Source of the DNA: Octopus sinensis
Taxonomy: Eukaryota
Assembly (NCBI RefSeq): GCF_006345805.1
Contig: NC_042998.1
Coordinates: forward strand, 167,648,001-167,712,000
DNA: 64,000 bases
Direction: 5' to 3'
Shown here piece after piece: positions 54,534-64,000 of this stretch (positions are counted from its first letter, which is position 1; each line of letters opens with the position of its first letter). The translations under genes and the position numbers were made by a program. The notes beneath the pieces were generated by a model, which saw nothing but the letters and a program-made list of their open reading frames with translations, ran no database searches and was not told where the DNA came from.

Positions 54534-54930
54534 TCTTTATATATAAAAGTGAAGTTGTGTGTCTGTCTCCTACGATTTAGATTCCTAACTACTCCCACAT
54601 TTTGCGGTGCAGTTTAACCAAAAGCGGGTATCTTATAGTCATGATTCATATCGAGCCCTTCTGGGTATTAGCGCGCGTCTACGATGAGTCTACGATAAAA
54701 AAAAAATTACCATAATTTTTTTTCCATTTTAATGCATTTTTTCGCTATTATATAAGGGAAGTAACTCTCTAAAAATGTCTACGATGAGTCAACGATTTAA
54801 AAAAAAATTTACCATCATTTCTTTTCCATTTTTAATGCATTTTTTTGCTATTTTTTGGCTATAACTCTCTAAAAATGCTTATATAGTTATTTCCCTTACA
54901 AACCCGAGCAACGCCGGGCGATACTGCTAG
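54534..54930 (+). mobile_element. Non-autonomous Helitron
   Basis: A|TC start, CTAG|T end, and a subterminal hairpin CCCG-AGCAACGC-CGGG about 12 nt from the end. No TSD. Confidence 0.9.
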
Positions 54931-55282
54931 TATGACCTAATTCATTATTTAATTTTTTTGCTTCGTTAACTTTAATGCATTTGCTTCTAGCTCTCTCTAG
55001 CTTTCCTGCTTCTTTTACTCTTCATCCTCGTATATAAACGGGTTTTTTTTATATCACCACGTATATGCGCACATGCACACACACTCGCGCGCGCACACAC
55101 AAACACATTGTTTCTATTGTTTATCTTAAGTCAGCAGTAATTTCAATATATAGACTGTTGTATACTTCTTGCGACTCCTGTTGTTTCTTCTTTTTTTTTC
55201 ACAGCTTTAGTCTCTATCCTTTTGCCGCGCACTCTCTTTCGTTTTCTTCACTCGATATTTGTTTCTCCTTTCTCTTCTTTTT

Positions 55283-55346
<64 letters not shown>

Positions 55347-55504
55347 TGATGAGAGAAAGTGGGAGAGAGAGGGAGAGCGAGAAATTAAGAATGAACGACT
55401 GAAACACACACACACATACATACAACACATATCTATGTACAAACACAGATAATATAACACAGCGATGAAGGATATCAAACTTTAACAGTATATCACATCT
55501 GTTT

Positions 55505-55925
55505 CTTATTTCTTTACTGCCCACAAGGGGCTACACACAGAGGGGACAATCAAGGATAGACAAACGGATTAAGTCGATTACATCGTCTCCAGTGCGTAAC
55601 TAGTTTTTAATTTATCGACCCCGAAAGGATGAAAGGCAAAGTCGACCTCGGCGGAATTTGAACTCAGAACGTAACGGCAGACTAAATACCTATTTCTTTA
55701 CTACCCACAAGGGGCTAAACACAGAGAGGACAAAGGACAGACAAACGGATTAAGTCGATTATATCGACCCCAGTGCGTAACTGGTACTTAATTTATCGAC
55801 CCCGAAAGGATGAAAGGCAAAGTCGACCTCGGCGGAATTCGAACTCAGAACGTAACGGCAGACGAAATACTGCTAAGCATTTCGCCCGGTGTGCTAACGC
55901 TTCTGCCAGCTCACCGCCTTTAGAT
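55505..55925 (-). repeat. Tandem dimer of the same SINE variant
   Basis: Same junction in reverse orientation (aaatacctatttctttact) at about 55690. Confidence 0.85.
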
Positions 55926-56572
55926 CACATCTGTTTCTGTGTCACACACCAGCTTTAAGCTGCTCATATTATATTTCTATACCGTTATACAAGATCATTC
56001 TTTATAATTATTATGTAGTTGAATATTTTTTCAGTAACAGGTCGTGTTTGAATGCTTTATCGGGTGAATAGTCTTCTATAATGGTATATGAATATAAACT
56101 CAGCAACTTAAAGCTGCTGTGCTGTGCAGAAACAAATATTGTGATCTACTAATAAAGTATGATATCGCCCATCCTCGTATTAATCTTATGCAAACAGAAG
56201 TCTGCATAGGTCCCGGGGAGGTAATAGGCAAGCTGGCCTCGGTGGGGTCGAATTTAAAATGTAAAGAGATAGGACAACTACTGTAAAGCATTTTCTCAAT
56301 GCTCTTACGATTCTGCCAATCTACAGGCAAATAATAATTCTTTCAAATTTTGGTACAAGGACATTATTTGAGGGGTGGGGCGAGGAGATGAACTTGCAAT
56401 AGTTTTATCAACTCCGATGAAAGGCAAAGTCGACCTCGACAGAATTTCAACTCAGAAACGTAAAGACCCGGAAGATATACCGCTAGTATTTTGTCCGGTG
56501 CGATAAAGATTCTGCCACCTCGCTGTCTTTGGTTTCAGATTTTAGTGAAAGGCCGGCAATGTTAAAAGAGAT

Positions 56573-57353
56573 GGATCTTTACCTTTTGACCTACAGATTT
56601 AAAAGATAATCTTTTGTAACTAAACACTTTCAAACTTCGGACACTGGTTGAATGTGTCATATAAAACATCTTTCACTCTTAGCATTTTTGACAAAAACTT
56701 ATATTTACGAAGTTATTTCACGGTAAAGTTCTCGTATTTTGGTAATTTCAACCAATCAATGACGTGTATTCAGCTGAATAAAATTACTGCTGTTGTTTGT
56801 CAACAAGAACTTCCGGTGTTGTATATTTCGTTTGTCACTGTTATTTATGACAACCCTAACCCTAACCCTAAAATCCTAGCCCTAACACCCTAACCCTAAC
56901 ACCCTAACCCTAACCCTAAAACCCTAGCCCTAACACCCTAACCCTAACACCCTAACCCTAACCCTAAAACCCTAGCCCTAACACCCCAACCCTAACAGCC
57001 TAACCCTAAAACCCTAACCCTAAAACCCTAATCCTAACCCTAAAACCTTAAAACCAGTACAAACACACAAACGATGTCACAAATAACAGTGACTAACAAA
57101 AATACACCGCCGATAGTTGTTGTTGACAAACAACGGCAGTAATTTAATTCAGCTGAATACACGTCATTGATTGGTTGAAATTACCAAAATACGAGAACTT
57201 TAACGTGAAATAACTTCGTAAATATAAGTTTTTGTCAAAAATGCTAAGAGTAAAAGATGTTTTATATGATGCATTCAACCAATGTCCGAAGTTTGAAAGT
57301 GTTTAGTTACCAAAAATTATTTTTGAAATCTGTAGGTGAAAAGGTAAAGATCC
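56573..57353. mobile_element. Non-autonomous foldback/MITE-like DNA transposon with ~280-bp TIRs, an 8-bp TSD and a telomere-like core
   Basis: TIRs at 56573-56852 and 57075-57353 begin GGATCTTTACCTTT. The TSD aaagagat is at 56565-56572 and 57354-57361. It is inserted into a SINE copy that resumes on the other side. Confidence 0.9.
56852..57050 (-). repeat. Interstitial (TTAGGG)n-like array with a 48-bp higher-order repeat
   Basis: CCCTAA, CCCTAAAA, CCCTAG and CCCTAACA variants. The motif aaa(t/c)cctagc recurs at 56871, 56919 and 56967. Confidence 0.9.
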
Positions 57354-57967
57354 AAAGAGATTTAAGTTGACTATATCAATCCTTGTACTCATCAGATACT
57401 AATTTTATCGAACCCAAAAGAATTAAATGTAACTTTGGCCTTAGATGAATTTGAGCTTAGAACATAAAGACTGACGAAATGCCGCTAAGCATTTTTTGTC
57501 CGGCGCAGTAACGATTCTGTCTGTCCGCCGCCTTCAGCAGCCAACGGACAATAACAATTGAAATAACAAAGATAACAAGAATTTCAGAGAATCTTTCATC
57601 GCTAATCCTGTGAACAACCAAGTGAAGCCAAACTGTATGTTTATTGTCAAAAGTTTTGCTTTTGTCTGTTTGTCTTTTGCATTTTGTCTTCTTTTGTGTA
57701 TTTTCTCTTTTCCTCGTCTCCGTTATTTTTTTTTCCTTTTTCGCCTTTTGTTGACAAAGACCTTATTTAGACAGTGGTGTCAGGTGTAAATTTCAAAGGC
57801 TTTTCTGTCTTTCTCTTCTCATCTTTCCCACTAGGCTTCTATGAAACCTCTTGCCCATATACATTTTATTAATCACCCACTGTAATGCTGTCATCGCAGG
57901 TCACTCTTGTGGCAAATAAATTAAACTACACCATCATTGTTGTCGTTATTGTTGTTGTTATTATTAA

Positions 57968-58550
57968 AGGCGGCGAGCTGGCAGAGTTGTGAGCACGCCG
58001 GGCGAAATGCTTAGCAGTATTTCGTCTGCCGTTACGTTCTGAGTTCAAATTCCACCGAGGTTGACTTGGCCTTTCATCCTTTCGGGGTCGATTAAATAAG
58101 TACCAGTTACGCACTGGGGTCGATATAATCTACTTAATCCGTTTGTCTATCCTTGTTTGTCCCTTCTGTGTTTAGCCCCTTGTGGGCAGTAAAGAAACAG
58201 GTATTTCGTCTGTCGTTACGTTCTGAGTTCAAATTCCGCTAAGGTCGACTTTGCCTTTCATCCTTTCGGGATCGATAAATTAAATACCAGTTACGCACTG
58301 GGGTCGATATAATCGACTTAATCCGTTTGTCTGTCCTTGTTTGTCCCTTCTGTGTTTAGCTCCTTGTGGGTAGTAAAGAAATAGGTATTTCGGCTGTCGT
58401 TACGTTCTGAGTTCAAATTCCGCCAAGGTCGACTTTGCCTTTCATCCTTTCGGGATATCGATAAACTAAGTACCAGTTGAGTACTGTGATCGATGTAATT
58501 GACTTGCTCCTTCCCCCAAAATTTCATACCTGGTGTTTATAATAGAAAGG
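57968..58550 (+). repeat. Head-to-tail tandem trimer of the Deu/Nin-like SINE (184-bp period)
   Basis: Junction agtaaagaaa(c/t)ag|gtatttcg at 58200/58201 and 58384/58385. Confidence 0.85.
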
Positions 58551-58555
58551 GTCAT

Positions 58556-58612
<57 letters not shown>

Positions 58613-58922
58613 ACTACTACTACTAAGACGGCGAGCTGGCAGAATCGTTAGCATGCCGGATAAAATGCTTAGCGACGTTTCGTCTGTCTTCACGTTATGA
58701 GTTCAAATTCCGCCGAGATTGACTCTGCCTGTCGATAAATTAAGTACCATTGAAACACTGGGATTGATCTAGTCAACTAGTTACCTTCACTCAAATTTCA
58801 GGCCTTGTGCCTTTAATAGAAATTATTATTATTATTATTATTATTGCTTTTGCACAGCTTCTAACTCTGGAGATATACTCCAGTGTCAGCTGCTCACTAC
58901 CAGTGAACTAAGGTAACACCTC

Positions 58923-59609
58923 TTATTTTTCTAGCACCTTCTGGAGTATTCGAGCGGTTCCAAACAGTGCTGTTTTCTGCAAGTGCTCCGCCCTTATTGC
59001 AGCCTCTATTTGTTCCATGTACTTCTCGAGATTTTTGCTCACTGTTCCCAGGGCTCCGACAATTATTAGCACTACTGCTACCTTTTTTATCGACCACAAC
59101 TGCTTAACATCCCAAGCTAACCTATCATATCTCTCGACTTTTCTTTCTTCCTTATTGCATACCTTGTTGTTAGCTGGGCATGTATTATCTATGATCCAGC
59201 ATAGTTTGTTTTCTTTCTCAATTAAGACTATGTCCGGCTTCCTATTCTCTATCTCCTGGTCGCACTGAATCATGAAATCCCATAGGATCTTTGCATTTCT
59301 ATTTTCGACAATGTTTTCAGGTTTGTAGTCGTACCTTTTTTTTGCTCTGTCAAGTCCATACTTGTTGCAGAGTGTCCAATGGACAAGCCTGGCTATATTG
59401 TCGTGGCGTCTCTTATATTCCTTCTGGGCTAGTGGCGTACATAGGGTGGTAATATTCCATACGGTTTCACCATTTTGTCCACAGATTCTACACTTATCAC
59501 TTTCTGCTGTGTTGTCTAATCTGTATTTTATGTAGTTTGTTCTTAGTGCTTGCTCTTGGGCAGCACAGATTAGAGCCTCCGTTTCCGGTTTTAAATCACT
59601 TTTAGTCAT
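58923..59609 (-). pseudogene. CCHC zinc knuckle plus PD-(D/E)xK endonuclease of the R4/Dong element
   Basis: MTKSDLKPETEALICAAQEQAL..CRICG..RRHDNI..LWDF.IQCD..KPDIVLIE..LGTVSKNL..LQKTALFGTARILQKVL. Confidence 0.9.
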
Positions 59610-59744
59610 CCACAGTCATCTTTTTTCTCTGTCTTATCAACATCCCTATGAAATTGACCATGCATTCTTTTCTTTACCCACCTATTTTCAGTTTCATTAG
59701 TTTTCAATTTCTTGTATAGTACTTTATCTTTGCAATCTTTCATC

Positions 59745-60458
59745 CTACACAAGCCTGACCTTCCTACTTCTGAAGGTATACACCGTATCAACGAGGGAAC
59801 TGACTTGGGCTTCATCTTTACCATACAGTTTGAGGTCATCCATGAATAACAAATGGTTAACTTTTTGCTGGCGGCTTTTGAATTCATACCCAGCTTTTGC
59901 TTTCCTCAGAATCAGTGTTAGTGGTATCAAGCACAGTACAAAGATCAGTGGGAACAGGTAGTCCCCTTGGAAGATGCCCCTCCTAATTTCTACTGTCCCT
60001 AAACTTCTTCCGTATGCTGTCAGGTCCGTCCTCCAATTCGCTAAACTTTTTCCAAGCAATCGCTCAACATTCGATGCAATACCAAATAGATTCATACACT
60101 CCATAATCCGAGAATGTGGGATCATATCGTACGCCTTACGATAGACATTCCTTGACATAGCTAAGTTACTTTTCCTCCTCTTGCAGTCTCTAAGTACAAT
60201 TTTGTCTATCAGGAGTTGAACCTTGGTACCTCTGCACTTACGTTTGCAACCCTTCTGCTCATGCGGCAGGACTCCATTTTTTCCCAGATGTTCGTACATT
60301 GACTCTTCGAGTATTCCAGTTAATAACTTCCACGTAAGTGGCAAGCAGGATATCGGCCTGTAATTGTCTATCGTATTGCCTTTTTCGATGTTTTTTGGGC
60401 ACAGCACTGTCCTACCCAATGTAAACCACTCTGGTGTTACTTGGTTGGCATTTAACAC
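59745..60458 (-). pseudogene. Reverse transcriptase domain relic (R4/Dong)
   Basis: YRPISCL, QGD and FMDD motifs. The reading jumps to post-thumb sequence right after DTVYTF, indicating an internal deletion. Confidence 0.9.
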
Positions 60459-62199
60459 GGTGTTGAGTTGCGCAAGCTATTCGTGCATGACATTCACCAA
60501 ATCATTTGATCCAGCAGCCTTGAACTCCATCTGGTCCCGTGGCCTTCCAGTTGCTAATTTTTTTTTTTTGCTGATTTCCTTCACTGAAATTACTAGTTCT
60601 GCCTGTTTTGGACAGACTACTGTTTCAGTTCTTGCAACCATTTAGCATCCTTCTTGTGCTCCCTTTGTTCCACATGTCACTCCAAAACCTTTGAGTTTCA
60701 ATGTTATCTGGTATCAACTTTTCCTCTGTACACTCTCCATTTATTTCTTTACAGAATCTCTTCTGATCTACTCTGAATAACCTATTCTGGTGGTAGCCCT
60801 TCATTTTTTGGTTGTATCTTGCCATCTTTGATTTCTTTGCAAAGAGGCGCTGTTTCAGTTCCTCCACTACTACTTTCAAGCCCTTTCTTTTAATATTATA
60901 CTTCCTTTCCAGCGCTCTGTATTTTTGTTCGCTTTTAAGCTCCCCTTTCTCTTTTCGGTCTAACACAGAGATTTTCTTCGAGAGCATGTCTAACCCTGCC
61001 TGGATTCTTCTTTTCCACCATGGATCTTTTTTTTTTGTCACTCCCATTATGTTTCTTTTTCATGACACCGACACTCACGTTTTCTGCAACAACAATACTT
61101 GCTGCCTTGATCAAATTATTTGTTTCCGTAATGTTGTTTGTTCTAATGTATTTCAGAATTTCACTGACATTTTTCGTTTCTTGGTTCAATTTCCATCGAT
61201 CAACCTTTATAAGGTTGCAAATAATGTCGCTATCGTTCTCCTGTAGTGTTGCCTTTATTATTATTATTGTTGTTGTTGTTGTTGTTGTTGTTAATATTAT
61301 TATTACTGTTATTGTTGTTGTTATTGTTGTTATTGTTGTTATTATTATTATTATTATTATTATCATTATTATTGTTATTATTGTCACTGTCAGTCTTCTC
61401 ACATATATGATATATGCATATATATAATATTCATAATATGCGCATATAGATAAGATATACATATATATAATATATGCATACATGTGTACGTGTGTGCATA
61501 TATACGAGCATGTTTAGATATGCAACTATATGCATGAGAATATATACATAAAACAAAACCTACAAATCTGCAAATATACATACATACAAGCAAAAATACC
61601 CTGTTGTTGATGTCGAAATTCCAATGAAAGGGCCTTGGATCTAGGTTAGAAACCGGCTCTTTCTCTTTTGGTAAGAAATCTTGAAATAAAACTGAACAAT
61701 GACATATTTTCTATAAAAATTTCGCTGTGTATCGGATTATTTATATTTGGGTGTGCGCGTAGGCGTGTGCGTTGGTCTTCGTCGTTCCTACCCTACCCAA
61801 AGTCCCAAACGCACGACAATGTAATACAAACCTCTTCTCAGATTAAACAGGTCTATTCTGTTAGGTAGATATATTCCTATTGATCAATGGACACGTGTAC
61901 ACAATGAAAAAACACAACAAGCATATCGGATGTTCTCTCATACATAACACCTTCATAATTAAGAAGTGAACTATAGATGCCTGTCTATTTTATACCGCAT
62001 ATCTTACGTTTCTTACTCGTCGTAAAGGGCGATCGCTATGACCTAGAACCGACAGATAACAAACAGACGGAATACTATGTAGAAGATCAGTAAAAGACAG
62101 TCTTGAAGGAGCGACGGAGAGAAGGGATGCGAATGTTTGCTTATTTTAATCTTAAGTCTTACCTATTATAAATGACGGCCGATTTGTTTTCTTTATTCC

Positions 62200-62293
62200 C
62201 TTGAAGCCAAGAACAGAAAGGAGAAAGAAAAAGACAGAGAGGAGAGAGGGGGATAGAAGGGGGCTGAGAGAGAGGAATGGAATTAACAGGGTA

Positions 62294-62325
<32 letters not shown>

Positions 62326-62895
62326 TGAGAGAGAGTGATTTTAGAAGAAATGAGAGAAAGAAAGGAAGAGGAAGGTCTGGGGAAGGAGTTCGTTCGAAAA
62401 TGGAGAGAGGAGTATGGGAGGTACGTAGAGAAAGAGGGAGAGGGAGAGAGAGAGAGAGGGAGGGGGGAGAGAAATGTGTGTGTGTGAGAGAAAAGGAGGA
62501 GAGAAAGACAGAGAATGGGAGAGAGAGAGAGAGAGAAAGGTAGAGAAAGTCGGAGAAGGTTTGCAGAAGTTTAGTTTGAACTGAGATCAATTGTAACAAA
62601 TGAGATCGAGAAGGAAAGAGAAAGAGAGAGAGGGGAGAGTGAGGAAGAAAGAAAGACATAGAGGTAAACATTGAGGAATAGAGAGAAACAGAAAAACTAT
62701 CAATGTGAGTGAAAGATAGAATGAAGGTTGTGATTATTTAACACTTGAAATATGACTCCTCTTTCTCACTTTCTCTCTCCCCCTCACGCATTCGCTCTTT
62801 CTGTCATTCTCTGACTGCCAAATGTCTCTCTCACCCTATTATTCTGTCTCTCTTTCTCAGCCCCTCTCGCCTCCCCCTCTCTCTCTCTCTCTCGT
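62200..62895. repeat. Polypurine (GA-rich) tract followed by a polypyrimidine tract; possibly a 5' UTR/promoter of a minus-strand gene
   Basis: Low-complexity GA at 62200-62720 and CT at 62755-62892. A minus-strand donor ACGA|GTAAGA lies at 62017/62016. Confidence 0.45.
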
Positions 62896-63215
62896 GCCAA
62901 AAGGATTACTAAAATGCTGAAGATATTTTTAAAAGAGAGCAAAGGAAAATTTTCTTTTCTATTCTAGGCACAAGGCCGGAAACTTTTGGGAAGGGGCGGC
63001 CAGTCGATTAGAACGGCTCCAGTACGCAACTGGTACTTAATTTAGCGACCTCGAAAGGATGGAAGGCAAAGTTGACCTCGGTGGTACTGGAACTCAGAAC
63101 GTAAAGACAGACGAAATACTATTAAGCATTTCGTCCGGCGTGCTAACGTTTCTGCCAGCTCGCCGCCTTCGCAAACGAACATATTAAAGGAATCACTGTA
63201 TGGCTTGTTTGTACA

Positions 63216-63253
<38 letters not shown>

Positions 63254-63267
63254 GCACGCACGCACGC

Positions 63268-63319
<52 letters not shown>

Positions 63320-63459
63320 ACATGCACGCGTGTGTGTGTATGTAACGGAGGAAAGGCCCTACCTCAGCTATAGGCTCACAAGTTCGGTTTCCGGATTCTG
63401 TGCTGTATATATTATTTCCGGGCGGAGGCACCGGATAACTCAGTATATATATATATATA

Positions 63460-64000
63460 CTCTTTACTCTTTTACTCTTTTACTTGTTTCAGTCATTTGA
63501 CTGCGACCATGCTGGAGCACCGCCTATAGTCGAACAAATTGACACCAGGGCTTATTCTTTGTTAGCCTAGTACTTATTCTATTGGTTTTTTTGCCGAAAC
63601 ACTAAGTTACGGGGACGTAAACACACCAGTATCGGTTGCCAAGCGATGTTGGGGGACAAACACACACATACACACACACACACACACACGCATATATATA
63701 TACATATATACGACGGGCTTCTTTCAGTTTCCGTCTACCAAATCCACTCACAAGGTTTTGGTCGGCCCGAGGCTATAGTAGAAGACACTTGCCCAAGATG
63801 CCACGCAGTGGGACTGAAAATCTACTTACCACACAGCCACTCCTGCGCCTATATATATATATATATATATACTCTTTTACTCTTTTACTCTTTTACTTGT
63901 TTCAGTCATTTGACTGCGGCCATGCTGAAGCACCACCTTTAATCGAGCAACTCGACCCCGTACTGTAAGCCCAGTACTTATTCTATCGGTCTCTTTTGCC
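63460..64000 (-). mobile_element. Two adjacent CORE-type SINE copies (the second runs off the window)
   Basis: (ctctttta)n tails at about 63460 and 63872, each followed by family body sequence. Confidence 0.85.

Larger units (their letters stand above)
58846..61256 (-). mobile_element. R4/Dong-clade non-LTR retrotransposon (RT plus restriction-like endonuclease), decayed, inserted in a (TAA)n tract
   Basis: ORF pieces include DPWWKRRI; [25 protein letters not shown]; the CCHC motif CRICG..ETVWNITTLC..RRHD; and KPDIVLIE..IID..K.ERY. (ATT/GTT)n tracts flank both sides. Confidence 0.9.

Noticed and set aside
56852-57050. True telomere or chromosome-fusion site
   Set aside because: The repeats are single-orientation, degenerate and enclosed by TIRs with a TSD, so they are transposon-internal.
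61595-61710. Repeat (also 31040-31140, inverted) containing AGCCT/AGGTT-GAAA-CCGG-CTC
   Set aside because: It has a helix II and a palindrome, but no valid N-UGA-N-N-A core and no clean NUH site or helix I. A real repeat, but not called a ribozyme.

Overview
AT-rich animal genomic DNA, dense in microsatellites and dominated by transposable elements. The SINE repertoire (tRNA-headed CORE-type and Deu/Nin-type) and the microsatellite load suggest a coleoid cephalopod, probably Octopus; this is inference, not a database match. No intact, nameable host gene is visible. Nearly all long ORFs in the supplied track are microsatellite artefacts or TE relics: mariner (three subfamily types), maT/DD37D, hAT, RTE and R4/Dong LINEs, and Penelope-type GIY-YIG endonucleases. 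Non-autonomous Helitrons and MITEs, including a telomere-repeat-cored foldback element with an 8-bp TSD, are also present. Two speculative micro-exon chains, one per strand, may belong to unidentified large-intron genes. The most striking signal is at least four unrelated families of minimal type-I hammerhead ribozymes in Penelope-like pseudo-LTR or retrozyme-like repeats. They use three different Watson-Crick pairs at core positions 3-8 (C-G, U-A, G-C), and each has a different palindromic helix III. One family shows compensatory changes between copies along a long extended helix I. Another bounds an RT-less GIY-YIG element carrying an ancient ~860-bp internal triplication. All motif, alignment and folding calls were made by eye.
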